Positions 36,182-45,781 of a stretch of 64,000 bases of DNA are shown here, one piece after another. The notes below the pieces were generated by a model that did no database searches, was not told the DNA's origin, and was given only the letters and a program-made list of their open reading frames with translations. Position 1 is the first letter of the stretch. Each line of letters opens with the position of its first letter. The stretch lies in sequence record PP781973.1, one strand, 5' to 3'. This DNA comes from Pseudomonas phage vB_PaeM_RyC23_M4LORT. The position numbers and the translations under genes were made by a program.

Positions 36182-36505
36182 TCATTCGCTCCACCCTCTT
36201 CCTGGCTCATAGGATGGCAGACCGCCGCCGCGAATCCAATTGTCCCACATACGGTTCAGACCAGTCGGCGGCTGGGGCGGCGGACTGTAGAATCCGGGAG
36301 TCTCAGTGCTGCTCAGGAAATAAGGCGTGCAAACGGCCTGGACGACCAATTGGTGCCGCTCCCACATCTTATCAATCGCTCTTAGCATGACGTCTTCGCA
36401 CTGAGCCTTACTGTCGAACCGTCTGCTAGTATGGTCCGGCATCTGGACGCAGCCGTCTCCAGTGCAAAGGAAAGCAGTAGCAATCCATACGGTGATACTC
36501 GCCAT
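36182..36505 (-). CDS. Secreted or lipoprotein-like small protein with a Pro-rich segment (107 aa)
   Basis: N-terminal MASITVWIATAFLCTGDGC (signal or lipobox-like), PPPQPPTG; AAAGAGGG Shine-Dalgarno site. Confidence 0.4.
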   Translation of the reverse strand: MASITVWIATAFLCTGDGCVQMPDHTSRRFDSKAQCEDVMLRAIDKMWERHQLVVQAVCTPYFLSSTETPGFYSPPPQPPTGLNRMWDNWIRGGGLPSYEPGRGWSE

Positions 36506-36536
36506 TTCGTCACCCTCTTTAGTTGATGAGCAGAGT

Positions 36537-36938
36537 CTATTCCATCTGCTCGCCAGGAGTAAAGCGCTTTTCGTCGGGATAAATGCCGATGATGTCTGCG
36601 TCGAGCATCCAAATCTCCACGGACGGATCGTCGCTGCTGATTTGGTACAGGTTGTACAGCTCCCGTCCGCCGACAGCGCGCTCGCCTCGCGGCTCAACCG
36701 CCAGAACCTTGCCGTGCCCTTCTCCGTGCTCGTCCAGGTATATGACGTGATCGCCGACTTCATAGCTTTCTTTCGTGACGAGGCGTGAACGCGAGCTGTT
36801 CTGCGATTCCACTACCCAGGAATCCAGCATGCCGCCTTTCATGTCGCGAAACAATCTTGCCGATTTGTCGCAATCGAATACGCCCAGAACTTCGCCGTCT
36901 TTCAACACGATATGTACGATTGGCAAAAGAGTATTCAT
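36537..36938 (-). CDS. Hypothetical protein (133 aa)
   Basis: ORF; first gene of the leftward block from the divergent region at 36.94-37.12 kb. Confidence 0.45.
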   Translation of the reverse strand: MNTLLPIVHIVLKDGEVLGVFDCDKSARLFRDMKGGMLDSWVVESQNSSRSRLVTKESYEVGDHVIYLDEHGEGHGKVLAVEPRGERAVGGRELYNLYQISSDDPSVEIWMLDADIIGIYPDEKRFTPGEQME

Positions 36939-37039
36939 GTTTAATCTCCATTGGTTGATAATTAGAGTCTAATCTGCCGAAAAGTTCCCGTAAAGAATTA
37001 TTTTCTCATAACTGATTAGTTGCAACTGTTAATCTGATG

Positions 37040-37118
37040 TATATGTTTGAATCTCTTTTGAACGTTTGATGTTTCCCCTATAATAAGCGCACACAGCCAA
37101 CAACCACGTGGAACTACA
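37040..37118 (+). promoter_or_regulatory. Rightward promoter for the structural operon (TTGAAC...TATAAT) in an AT-rich divergent region
   Basis: tcttttgaacgtttgatgtttcccctataataagcg, about 40 nt upstream of the portal ATG. Confidence 0.5.
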
Positions 37119-39416
37119 ATGTTTAAACTTTCCTGGATATTCGGGCGCAAAAAGGATAATGCTGCCTGTTCTGAATCGGCGCCGGAGAAAGTCGCAAAAA
37201 TCCCTCAACACGATCCGCTCGACCCAATGATCAAGCTGGGAAGGATTCGCGGCTGGAACGTCGAGCCGGAGAAAGCCCCGGTAATTCGTAGCGTGAAAGA
37301 TTTCCTGGAGCCGGGCCTATCTGTAGCAATGGATAGTGCGTATGGTGATGGACCAACTCCGGCCGCGAAGGCTGCTGCGGGCGGCCAGAATCCCTATGTC
37401 GTCCCGACTATGTTGCAGGACTGGTACAATTCCCAAGGGTTCATCGGATACCAAGCTTGCGCAATCATTTCCCAACACTGGTTGGTGGACAAAGCTTGTT
37501 CCATGTCTGGGGAAGACGCAGCACGGAACGGATGGGAACTCAAATCGGACGGCAGGAAGCTATCCGATGAACAAAGCGCGCTGATCGCCCGGCGCGACAT
37601 GGAGTTTCGCGTCAAAGACAACCTTGTCGAACTCAACAGATTCAAGAACGTTTTCGGCGTTCGTATCGCGCTGTTCGTTGTGGAGTCTGACGATCCGGAC
37701 TACTACGAAAAGCCGTTCAATCCGGATGGAATCACGCCCGGCTCCTACAAGGGAATCTCCCAGATCGATCCATACTGGGCAATGCCGCAGCTCACTGCTG
37801 GCTCGACGGCAGATCCGTCTTCCGAACATTTCTATGAGCCGGATTTCTGGATTATCAGCGGTAAAAAATATCACCGCAGCCACCTAGTGGTGGTTCGTGG
37901 ACCGCAGCCGCCAGATATCCTGAAGCCTACATACATCTTCGGCGGTATCCCGCTCACCCAGAGAATCTATGAGCGCGTGTATGCAGCGGAACGGACGGCG
38001 AACGAAGCCCCGCTGCTTGCCATGTCGAAGCGAACCAGCACCATCCACGTTGACGTGGAGAAGGCCATCGCGAACGAAGAGGCCTTCAACGCTCGCCTGG
38101 CGTTCTGGATCGCCAACCGTGATAACCACGGCGTGAAAGTTCTGGGAATTGACGAAGACATGGAGCAGTTCGACACGAACCTGGCCGACTTCGACAGCAT
38201 CATCATGAACCAATATCAGCTGGTCGCGGCCATCGCCAAGACTCCAGCCACGAAGCTCCTCGGCACTTCTCCAAAAGGATTCAATGCCACTGGTGAGCAC
38301 GAAACGATTTCTTATCACGAAGAACTGGAGTCCATTCAAGAGCACATATTCGACCCACTTCTTGAACGCCACTATTTGCTTCTGGCGAAGTCGGAAGAAA
38401 TTGATGTGCAGCTGGAAATCGTCTGGAATCCTGTGGACTCCACGTCCAGCCAGCAACAAGCCGAATTGAACAATAAGAAAGCCGCGACCGATGAAATCTA
38501 CATCAACTCTGGCGTTGTGTCTCCGGATGAAGTTCGCGAGCGTCTGCGTGACGATCCGCGTTCCGGCTACAACCGACTCACCGACGATCAGGCGGAAACC
38601 GAACCGGGCATGTCTCCGGAAAACCTGGCCGAATTCGAGAAGGCCGGTGCACAGTCGGCCAAGGCGAAAGGCGAAGCCGAGCGAGCCGAAGCCCAGGCGG
38701 GCGCCGTAGAGGGCGCAGGCGGCCCGGTTCCCGCCGCTCCACGCGGGACTAAGCCTCTCGCGAAAGCGGCCGAGGAAGGGGCCAGCGAGGCCGCTGAACC
38801 GCCGTCGAGGCCGGACCCCAAGGCCGAGCTGCGGAACTTGTTGGTCGATCTTTTGTCGAAGCTCCAAGACCTGGACGACATTAAGGCGCCGGACGGCGTA
38901 GACATAGAGCACAATGATGCGCCTGGCTTAAAGCGCACATCCAAACCTGGCGTGTCTGGTATGGAGCCTTCGGTGTTTTCGTCCAACCGCATCGTCGGGC
39001 CTCGTGATCATTCGGAACTCCAGAGAATCAAGGTGAATGGAATAACCACCTTGATCGAAAATCCGCGCGGAAGCATTCGACAAGGCAAGGATGGGAGTTG
39101 GCGAGTTCAGATGAAACACCACTACGGGTTCATCAAGGGAACGAAAGGCGCTGATGGGGATGAAGTCGATTGCTTCGTCGGTCCGAATCTGGGATCCAAA
39201 CGGGTCTTCGTCGTCAACCAAGTGAACAAGGAAGGTCAGTTTGACGAGCACAAGTGTATGCTCGGCTTCAACAACATCAACGATGCGAAGTCTGGATATC
39301 TGTCCTGCTTCCGTCCGGGCTGGGATGGTCTCGGCTCCATCCATGAAGTTGACCTGCCCGCTTTCCGTCGCTGGCTGGCGAACGGCGACACCACCAAACC
39401 GTTCGGGGGCGAGTGA
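37119..39416 (+). CDS. Portal protein (DUF1073-like) with a low-complexity linker and a C-terminal inorganic-pyrophosphatase-like domain
   Basis: 765 aa, first structural gene; C-terminus HHYGFIKGTKGADGDEVDCFVGP matches the family I PPase signature D-[SGDN]-D-[PE]-[LIVMF]-D-[LIVMGAC]. Confidence 0.65.
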   Translation: MFKLSWIFGRKKDNAACSESAPEKVAKIPQHDPLDPMIKLGRIRGWNVEPEKAPVIRSVKDFLEPGLSVAMDSAYGDGPTPAAKAAAGGQNPYVVPTMLQDWYNSQGFIGYQACAIISQHWLVDKACSMSGEDAARNGWELKSDGRKLSDEQSALIARRDMEFRVKDNLVELNRFKNVFGVRIALFVVESDDPDYYEKPFNPDGITPGSYKGISQIDPYWAMPQLTAGSTADPSSEHFYEPDFWIISGKKYHRSHLVVVRGPQPPDILKPTYIFGGIPLTQRIYERVYAAERTANEAPLLAMSKRTSTIHVDVEKAIANEEAFNARLAFWIANRDNHGVKVLGIDEDMEQFDTNLADFDSIIMNQYQLVAAIAKTPATKLLGTSPKGFNATGEHETISYHEELESIQEHIFDPLLERHYLLLAKSEEIDVQLEIVWNPVDSTSSQQQAELNNKKAATDEIYINSGVVSPDEVRERLRDDPRSGYNRLTDDQAETEPGMSPENLAEFEKAGAQSAKAKGEAERAEAQAGAVEGAGGPVPAAPRGTKPLAKAAEEGASEAAEPPSRPDPKAELRNLLVDLLSKLQDLDDIKAPDGVDIEHNDAPGLKRTSKPGVSGMEPSVFSSNRIVGPRDHSELQRIKVNGITTLIENPRGSIRQGKDGSWRVQMKHHYGFIKGTKGADGDEVDCFVGPNLGSKRVFVVNQVNKEGQFDEHKCMLGFNNINDAKSGYLSCFRPGWDGLGSIHEVDLPAFRRWLANGDTTKPFGGE

Positions 39417-40252
39417 TGGCATTCAAGGCCTCCAAAAAGCGCGAGCGCCGGGCACCTCTTCCAGTCGGAAGAGGGAAGCCCATAATTCCATCGGCAGGAA
39501 TCGAGGCCTGGTATCGAAAGCAGATGAAGGATATGTCCAAGCTCATGATCTCCGACTATCGAAACGAGATTGAGAAGGCGCTGTCCCAGCCTGCGGCCGA
39601 ACGTTTCTTCGCCAGAGACGAATCCGTTAACGTCCTGTTCAAGATGACCCTTCGAAGCCTACAGCAGCGATGGAGCCGCATTTTTGAAGGTTTCGCGGCC
39701 AAGATCGCCCCGGAGTTCGTCAACCGGACCGAAGAAGCCGCTACCGCCGCGACCCTTCACAGCTTGTCGGTGGCCGGCGTCGATCAGCCACGAGCTGCGT
39801 ATAATGAGAGCGTCAGGAACACCCTGGAGGCCGCAACCACTTACAATCATACTCTCATCACCAAGATCCAAGAGGAAGTCCACGAGAAGATTTACACATC
39901 AGTAATGCTGTCTCTGACTTCCCCGAATCCGGAAGAGCAAGGAACTTCCGGCATAACTAACGCACTTCGCAAAGTCGGGAAGTTTTCTGAAGATCGAATC
40001 GAACTCATCGCAAGAGATCAAACAAGCAAGCTTTACAGTTCTCTGAGCGATGAGAGAATGGCGGAAAATGGAGTCGAGGAGTTCGAGTGGCTACACTCTT
40101 CTGCCGGCAAGACTCCTCGCCACACCCACCTGGAGAAAGATGGGAAGAGGTTCAAGCTGAATGACCCCAGACTTTGGGAGGGTCCGAAAGCAGACCAGGG
40201 GCCGCCAGGATGGGCGATTAACTGTAGATGCAGAAAGATACCAGTCATTTGA
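39413..40252 (+). CDS. Phage Mu F-like (SPP1 gp7) minor head / head-morphogenesis protein
   Basis: C-terminal signature HTHLEKDGKRF...PPGWAINCRCR; ATGA overlap with the portal gene. Confidence 0.85.
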   Translation: MMAFKASKKRERRAPLPVGRGKPIIPSAGIEAWYRKQMKDMSKLMISDYRNEIEKALSQPAAERFFARDESVNVLFKMTLRSLQQRWSRIFEGFAAKIAPEFVNRTEEAATAATLHSLSVAGVDQPRAAYNESVRNTLEAATTYNHTLITKIQEEVHEKIYTSVMLSLTSPNPEEQGTSGITNALRKVGKFSEDRIELIARDQTSKLYSSLSDERMAENGVEEFEWLHSSAGKTPRHTHLEKDGKRFKLNDPRLWEGPKADQGPPGWAINCRCRKIPVI

Positions 40253-40270
40253 CATCGATAGGAGCGCTAT

Positions 40271-40477
40271 ATGCCGTTAGTTCATGGCACTTCCAATGAG
40301 GCTCGTTCTGAAAACATCAAGCGGGAAATCGAAGCCGGTAAAGACCCAAAGCAGGCTGCGGCCATCGCTTATTCCATCCAGCGCAGTGAGGAAGGGAAGA
40401 CGGCGAAAGATTGTTCGCCTGAGCTCGTCGCCGATCTTCGCGCCCTGGTGGACGCTCTGTCGAGGCTCGTGAAATGA
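40271..40477 (+). CDS. Small hypothetical protein (68 aa)
   Basis: ORF. Confidence 0.4.
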   Translation: MPLVHGTSNEARSENIKREIEAGKDPKQAAAIAYSIQRSEEGKTAKDCSPELVADLRALVDALSRLVK

Positions 40478-40614
40478 ACCGCAAGACGTGCCGGCGCCGA
40501 CTCGTGGTCGATGTAATCAGGGCCAATATTCACGGCGGATTCTTCAGCCTGAAGTTTGCCGCCATCGATTTGGCAATCATCGGCGTCGCCATCTTGATGG
40601 CTTTTGGCCGATAA
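40474..40614 (+). CDS. Small single-transmembrane-helix protein (46 aa) [46 protein letters not shown]
   Basis: ATGA overlap with the upstream gene; not in the ORF track. Confidence 0.3.
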   Translation: MNRKTCRRRLVVDVIRANIHGGFFSLKFAAIDLAIIGVAILMAFGR

Positions 40615-40639
40615 TGCTGAGAAAAATCTGGATTCTGAC

Positions 40640-40995
40640 TAAAAATTCTAGTCCGGATAGCCGCAAGTTACCGTTTACGGAAAATAGCAGTAATTTGGAA
40701 ATCCTACTGCCGCGAGGCTTTAACAGAGCCAGTTCCTAATTTCCGATTTAGCCGCATGCTTCAAAAGTATATAGCCTGGGAAATTAGAAGTAACGTTCCA
40801 ATAGAATTCATCTATAAGTAACGTTATAATATAACGTCAATCTATATGCTCTAGACGTATTGAAATTCAATTTTTAATCGGTAAATTGGTAATTTGAATT
40901 AGTTTAGGAGTTGAAAGCCTCGCGGCAGTAGGCTTAGACAAATCCCGTCAAGTTTCCGAGACCAAATTACCGGATTTTCGCGGCTGAGGAAACTG
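40640..40995. repeat. Iteron-bearing intergenic region 2: inverted copy (40694-40712) and direct copy (40914-40932) of the 19-bp box AAAGCCTCGCGGCAGTAGG, GGTAA(A)TTTGG repeats, CTGGTAATTA, and the shared element CCCGTCAAGTTTCCGA
   Basis: Same architecture as region 1 (20700-21125); seen directly. Confidence 0.7.
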
Positions 40996-41127
40996 GTAAT
41001 TAGATCACAATACAAATTATAATGTAAGTTAACAGTCACGGCTACATCTAATTATTGTTCCGCTTATTTACCCTTAGATGTACTGCGTATATAATACAGC
41101 CATAGTCCACGACTCTTCGAATTAACG

Positions 41128-42561
41128 ATGGCAAAGTCGAAAAGAAAAATTGACGAAAATGGATATATGACCATAGAGGGCTGCCCGATCAGCTCTTATG
41201 GCGTTTTCCAATATTCTGCTGGTCAACTCGGTCTTCCGGGCGATCCGACGCGGATTGTCAACGTATATCGCCCGGAGTCTGCCGTCAGCGATCCGGAGTA
41301 CATCGAATCTCTGAAGAATCTCCCGTTGATCGACGAGCATGAGATGCTGTCGGGATTCGACGATGATGACGATAGCGTGGCCCCCGAAGACAAAGGGGTG
41401 GAGGGCATCATCACATCCAACGCTTACTACGAAGCCCCATGGGCACGCGGCGATATCCGCATCTATTCCCGCAACATGCAGAATCAGCTGGAAAGGGGCA
41501 AAGAAGACCTGTCCCTAGGCTATAGTTGCCGCTACACTGAGCAACCCGGCATCTGGAACGGGACGCCTTATGAAGTCGTCCAGGACAAGATGCGCGGCAA
41601 CCACATCGCCCTGGTAAAAGAGGGTCGTGTGCCGGGGGCCAGAGTATTGGATGGTCTGTGTTTTGACCATCTCAGTTTTGATTTCAGACCATCCGATGAG
41701 GGTAATGAAATGAGTCTCAAGAAAGCCAAGCGGAAGCCCCCTGTCCAGCGCGTAGGGCAAGCTGCTGACTCGGCGGTCGAAGAGTTGCGCGCCCTGTGGC
41801 CGAAGCTATCTGCGTCTGTCCAGAAGTTCCTGGGCGAAGAAGAGCAGGAGCCGGAGCATCAGGAAGGCGCAGCTCCGGCCGAACCGACCGACAGCGAGCA
41901 CCTGACCGAGCATCCGACTCTGGAAGGTGCTCAGAAGGATGACGAAGAGCAGGAAGAGGAGCCTTCCGTTGTCGATCCGGCCGTGGCCGCCGTCGAGCCG
42001 GAGCATCAAGAAGGTGCCGCATCCGAAATGTCCGGTGAAGGCGAAGTCGCCGAACTGATCTCTCAAGTCAAGGCCATTCTGGCTCGACTGGAGGGCACGG
42101 TAGCCGAAGGGGCGGACGAAGAGCATGGCGAAGGTCAAGATGTCGTCGAGGGCTTGGAAGAGCAGAGCAGCCTCAGCGGCGCGCAAACCGCCAGCGACGA
42201 TGGTGGTGAGGGCAAGGATAACAGCGAGGAACTTCCTGAAATGGCACAGAAGAACGCGCAAGATGCTGCAATTCGCGGTCTCTATCGCGACATTGCTGCT
42301 AAAGATCGCCTCTACAAGCGTCTTAGCTCCGTGGTTGGTGCGTTCGATCACCGAGCTATGGACTCGGCTGAAGTCGCTGTTTACGGCGTGAAAAAGCTGA
42401 ACATCAGCTGTGCGAAGGGCCAGGAAGCTCTGGCGCTCGACATGTACCTGAAAGGCGTCGAAGCCTCGCGCGGCGCGGCCAGCCGTCAATCGAAAGCCCA
42501 GGATTCGGCCGGTTCTGCTCCGCAGTGCGCCGAGCTGGACAGCTACCTGAAGGGGGAGTAA
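41128..42561 (+). CDS. Putative prohead protease / scaffolding fusion (Mu gpI-like N-terminus, acidic C-terminal scaffold-like region)
   Basis: N-terminal about 190 aa with a GNHIALVKEGR-type motif; the following ~250 aa are Glu/Asp-rich low complexity; sits between the Mu F-like gene and the capsid gene. Confidence 0.5.
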   Translation: MAKSKRKIDENGYMTIEGCPISSYGVFQYSAGQLGLPGDPTRIVNVYRPESAVSDPEYIESLKNLPLIDEHEMLSGFDDDDDSVAPEDKGVEGIITSNAYYEAPWARGDIRIYSRNMQNQLERGKEDLSLGYSCRYTEQPGIWNGTPYEVVQDKMRGNHIALVKEGRVPGARVLDGLCFDHLSFDFRPSDEGNEMSLKKAKRKPPVQRVGQAADSAVEELRALWPKLSASVQKFLGEEEQEPEHQEGAAPAEPTDSEHLTEHPTLEGAQKDDEEQEEEPSVVDPAVAAVEPEHQEGAASEMSGEGEVAELISQVKAILARLEGTVAEGADEEHGEGQDVVEGLEEQSSLSGAQTASDDGGEGKDNSEELPEMAQKNAQDAAIRGLYRDIAAKDRLYKRLSSVVGAFDHRAMDSAEVAVYGVKKLNISCAKGQEALALDMYLKGVEASRGAASRQSKAQDSAGSAPQCAELDSYLKGE

Positions 42562-42564
42562 CTC

Positions 42565-43200
42565 ATGTTCCAGAAACAAGTTTACCGCCAGTACACTCCT
42601 GGTTTTCCGGGCGATCTGATCGAGGACGGCCCGAAGCGGGCGCGGCCGGGTCGAATCATGTCTCTGTCTGCCGTAAATCCGGCTGCCACCGCCACCGGCC
42701 CCAACCGCATCAGTCGCGCTTTCGGTTACGCCGGTGACGTCAGCGCCCTCGGCGAAGGTCAGCCGAAGACCATCGCGGCTCGCGCTTCTGAAGTCGTGAT
42801 CGGCGGCGCCAACTTCTTTGGTGTCCTCGGTCATCCGAAGCACTATGCGCTGTTCGGTTCGGCCGGAGACTCCCTGGCTCCCAGCTATGATCTGCCCGAT
42901 GGCGCCGAAGGCGAGTTCTTCGACATGGCCACCGGCCTGGTCGTCGAAATTTTCAACGGCGCCGCAACCGCCCTGGACCTGGACTATGGTGACCTGGTCG
43001 CCTATGTCCCCAACAACCTGGCTACCGCCGACAACGCGCTTGGCCTGCCGGCCGGCGCCCTGGTTGGCTTCAAGGCTGGCTCCATGCCGACCGGCTTGGT
43101 CCAGATTCCCAACGCACGCATCGTTAACGCCATCAGTCTGCCGGCCCAGTCGGCGGGGAATCTGGTTGCTGGCGTTACCATCGTCCAGCTCACGCAGTAA
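42565..43200 (+). CDS. Hypothetical head protein (possibly decoration), 211 aa
   Basis: Gly/Ala-rich; located between the scaffold gene and the major capsid gene. Confidence 0.45.
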   Translation: MFQKQVYRQYTPGFPGDLIEDGPKRARPGRIMSLSAVNPAATATGPNRISRAFGYAGDVSALGEGQPKTIAARASEVVIGGANFFGVLGHPKHYALFGSAGDSLAPSYDLPDGAEGEFFDMATGLVVEIFNGAATALDLDYGDLVAYVPNNLATADNALGLPAGALVGFKAGSMPTGLVQIPNARIVNAISLPAQSAGNLVAGVTIVQLTQ

Positions 43201-43209
43201 GGAGGCGTC

Positions 43210-44358
43210 ATGAGCCAGATCAGCAAGACCCATTCGCGCCTCGCAGGCCGCAATGCGAAACCTTTCGACCTGAAAAACATCACCAATGACGCCGTGGCGT
43301 CTCTGCGCCGCATCGGCCTGGTATTCGATCACGCCGTCGTCCAGGACCAGATCAAGGCCTTGGCGAAGGCCGGCGCGTTCCGCTCCGGCTCGGCCATGGA
43401 CAGCAACTTCACCGCCCCGGTGACCACGCCGTCCATCCCGACTCCCATCCAGTTCCTGCAGACCTGGTTGCCAGGCTTCGTGAAGGTCATGACCGCTGCA
43501 CGGAAGATCGACGAAATCATCGGCATCGATACCGTTGGCTCCTGGGAAGATCAAGAAATCGTCCAGGGCATCGTGGAGCCGGCCGGCACTGCGGTGGAAT
43601 ACGGCGACCATACCAACATCCCGCTGACCAGCTGGAACGCCAACTTCGAACGCCGCACCATCGTTCGTGGCGAGCTGGGTATGATGGTGGGTACCCTGGA
43701 AGAGGGTCGCGCCTCGGCCATCCGTCTGAACAGCGCCGAAACCAAGCGCCAACAGGCGGCCATCGGTCTGGAAATCTTCCGCAACGCCATCGGTTTCTAC
43801 GGCTGGCAGAGCGGCCTGGGCAACCGCACCTATGGTTTCCTGAACGATCCCAACCTGCCGGCATTCCAGACCCCGCCGAGCCAGGGCTGGTCCACTGCCG
43901 ACTGGGCAGGCATCATCGGCGACATCCGCGAGGCCGTTCGCCAGCTGCGTATTCAGAGCCAAGATCAGATCGATCCGAAGGCGGAAAAGATCACCCTGGC
44001 CCTGGCCACCAGCAAGGTGGACTACCTGTCGGTAACCACGCCTTACGGCATTTCGGTTTCGGACTGGATCGAACAGACCTATCCGAAAATGCGGATCGTG
44101 TCGGCTCCGGAATTGTCCGGCGTCCAGATGAAAAACCAAGAGCCGGAAGATGCTCTGGTGCTCTTCGTCGAAGACGTGAACGCGGCCGTCGATGGCAGCA
44201 CCGATGGCGGCAGCGTGTTCAGCCAGCTGGTACAGAGCAAGTTCATCACCCTGGGTGTCGAAAAGCGGGCGAAGTCGTACGTGGAAGACTTCTCCAACGG
44301 CACCGCCGGTGCGCTGTGCAAGCGTCCGTGGGCTGTGGTGCGCTACCTCGGCATCTAA
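43210..44358 (+). CDS. Major capsid protein (Mu T / DUF2184-like)
   Basis: 382 aa, in major-capsid position after scaffold; a terminator follows. Confidence 0.7.
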   Translation: MSQISKTHSRLAGRNAKPFDLKNITNDAVASLRRIGLVFDHAVVQDQIKALAKAGAFRSGSAMDSNFTAPVTTPSIPTPIQFLQTWLPGFVKVMTAARKIDEIIGIDTVGSWEDQEIVQGIVEPAGTAVEYGDHTNIPLTSWNANFERRTIVRGELGMMVGTLEEGRASAIRLNSAETKRQQAAIGLEIFRNAIGFYGWQSGLGNRTYGFLNDPNLPAFQTPPSQGWSTADWAGIIGDIREAVRQLRIQSQDQIDPKAEKITLALATSKVDYLSVTTPYGISVSDWIEQTYPKMRIVSAPELSGVQMKNQEPEDALVLFVEDVNAAVDGSTDGGSVFSQLVQSKFITLGVEKRAKSYVEDFSNGTAGALCKRPWAVVRYLGI

Positions 44359-44375
44359 CAGATGCCTATTCACCA

Positions 44376-44400
44376 AAGGCCGGGCTTCCGGCCTTTGTTC
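44376..44400 (+). terminator. Hairpin terminator/attenuator after the capsid gene (AAAGGCCGG-GCTT-CCGGCCTTT)
   Basis: 9-bp stem followed by TTTGTT. Confidence 0.5.
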
Positions 44401-44459
44401 ACTCTGACTCTAACTCGGTTGTAGGGGCCGGTTAGGGCATAATTACTAGGACTACGCCA

Positions 44460-44897
44460 ATGACTGTTTATATCGTTTCCTCCATGACTCAATCGGTGTC
44501 TTACAATGCGTATGACACCTCTGATCCGTCCAATCCTCGCCTCCAGCGAAAGATTCTGATTCGAGGCCGCGCAGGCATCGCATCCGAAACTTCCGGCTTC
44601 GGCGACATGATTTCCGACGAGGCCGGACGTCCGATCTGGACCCCACAGGGCGATTGTACTGCCGTGAGCGATTCGGATTTCGAGCTGCTTCAGGCCAATA
44701 AGATTTTCATGCGTCACATGGAGAAGGGTTATCTGCGAGTCGTGAAGACCGACATCACCAGTGACCACCAGCGGATTTCCAAAGAGACTCGCACCATGGA
44801 GCGCGATGGATTCCAGCCTCTGGATGCTACTCGCCTGCAGCAGAAAATCAAGGTGACCACAGCCAGCGCTTCCCAGGAACAAGAGTTCCGGATTTAA
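44460..44897 (+). CDS. Hypothetical head/neck protein (145 aa)
   Basis: ORF in the structural operon. Confidence 0.45.
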   Translation: MTVYIVSSMTQSVSYNAYDTSDPSNPRLQRKILIRGRAGIASETSGFGDMISDEAGRPIWTPQGDCTAVSDSDFELLQANKIFMRHMEKGYLRVVKTDITSDHQRISKETRTMERDGFQPLDATRLQQKIKVTTASASQEQEFRI

Positions 44898-44911
44898 CCG
44901 AGGGTTTCGGT

Positions 44912-45379
44912 ATGGTGATTTTCGACGAACATAAGTTTCGCACGCTGTTTCCGGAGTTTGCTGATCCAGCCGCTTATCCGGACGTGCGCCTGCAGATGTA
45001 CTTCGACATTGCGTGCGAATTCATTTCTGATCGCGATTCGCCATACCGGATTCTCAATGGTAAAGCCCTGGAAGCCTGTCTGTATCTTCTGACCGCCCAC
45101 CTCCTGTCGCTGTCCACGATGCAAGTTCAGGGCGCGGCTGGAGGTGGCGTCACTGCCGGTGGGACCCAGGGCGGTTTCATCACCAGCGCTACTGTCGGCG
45201 AGGTCAGCGTGACCAAGCTCGCGCCCCCGGCCAAGAATGGTTGGCAGTGGTGGCTTTCCGGGACGCCTTATGGTCAAGAGTTGTGGGCGCTCCTCAGCGT
45301 CAAAGCGGTGGGCGGATTCTACATCGGCGGTCTTCCAGAGCGCCGAGGCTTCCGGAAGGTTGGAGGGACGTTCTGGTGA
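44912..45379 (+). CDS. DUF4054-like head-tail connector protein
   Basis: 155 aa; gene position. Confidence 0.45.
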   Translation: MVIFDEHKFRTLFPEFADPAAYPDVRLQMYFDIACEFISDRDSPYRILNGKALEACLYLLTAHLLSLSTMQVQGAAGGGVTAGGTQGGFITSATVGEVSVTKLAPPAKNGWQWWLSGTPYGQELWALLSVKAVGGFYIGGLPERRGFRKVGGTFW

Positions 45380-45774
45380 TCCCTGGTGCGAATCTTCTGC
45401 GAATGGCCTTCGGGGTCATCGGTACTCAAATTGTGAAATATCGCAAGTTTGAGCAGCGAGTGAAGAATGATCAAGCTCAGTACGTTTCCATGTTCGAGGA
45501 GCCTTTCGACCTGGCAGCGTCTGTTCAGCGAGTCCGACGCGATCAGTATGTCCAGTTTAATCTGGAGTTCCAACGGAATTACGTTATGATCTTCGCCAAC
45601 TTTGAGATGGTTGACTTGGATCGCGATGTGGCCGGTGACCAGTTCCTCTGGACCGGAAGAGTCTTTCAGCTGGAGTCTCAAGGCTCCTGGTTTTATCAGG
45701 ACGGCTGGGGAGTTTGCCTGGCCGTGGATATCGGTGCGGCCAAGCTCACTGATGACGGGAAACCGACCTTCTAG
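45376..45774 (+). CDS. Hypothetical neck/tail-completion protein (GTG start, 133 aa)
   Basis: GTGA overlap with the upstream gene. Confidence 0.4.
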   Translation: MIPGANLLRMAFGVIGTQIVKYRKFEQRVKNDQAQYVSMFEEPFDLAASVQRVRRDQYVQFNLEFQRNYVMIFANFEMVDLDRDVAGDQFLWTGRVFQLESQGSWFYQDGWGVCLAVDIGAAKLTDDGKPTF

Positions 45775-45781
45775 GTGATGT

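Noticed and set aside
40488-40739. 83-aa ORF spanning the inverted box of intergenic region 2
   Set aside because: Overlaps the conserved DNA element; a shorter 46-aa ORF (40474-40614) with ATGA coupling is more plausible for this stretch.
41806-44376. 856-aa ORF on the minus strand, antisense to the scaffold and capsid genes
   Set aside because: Typical spurious antisense ORF in high-GC DNA; low-complexity translation (Gly/Arg/Ala rich); the sense strand carries well-supported structural genes with Shine-Dalgarno sites.
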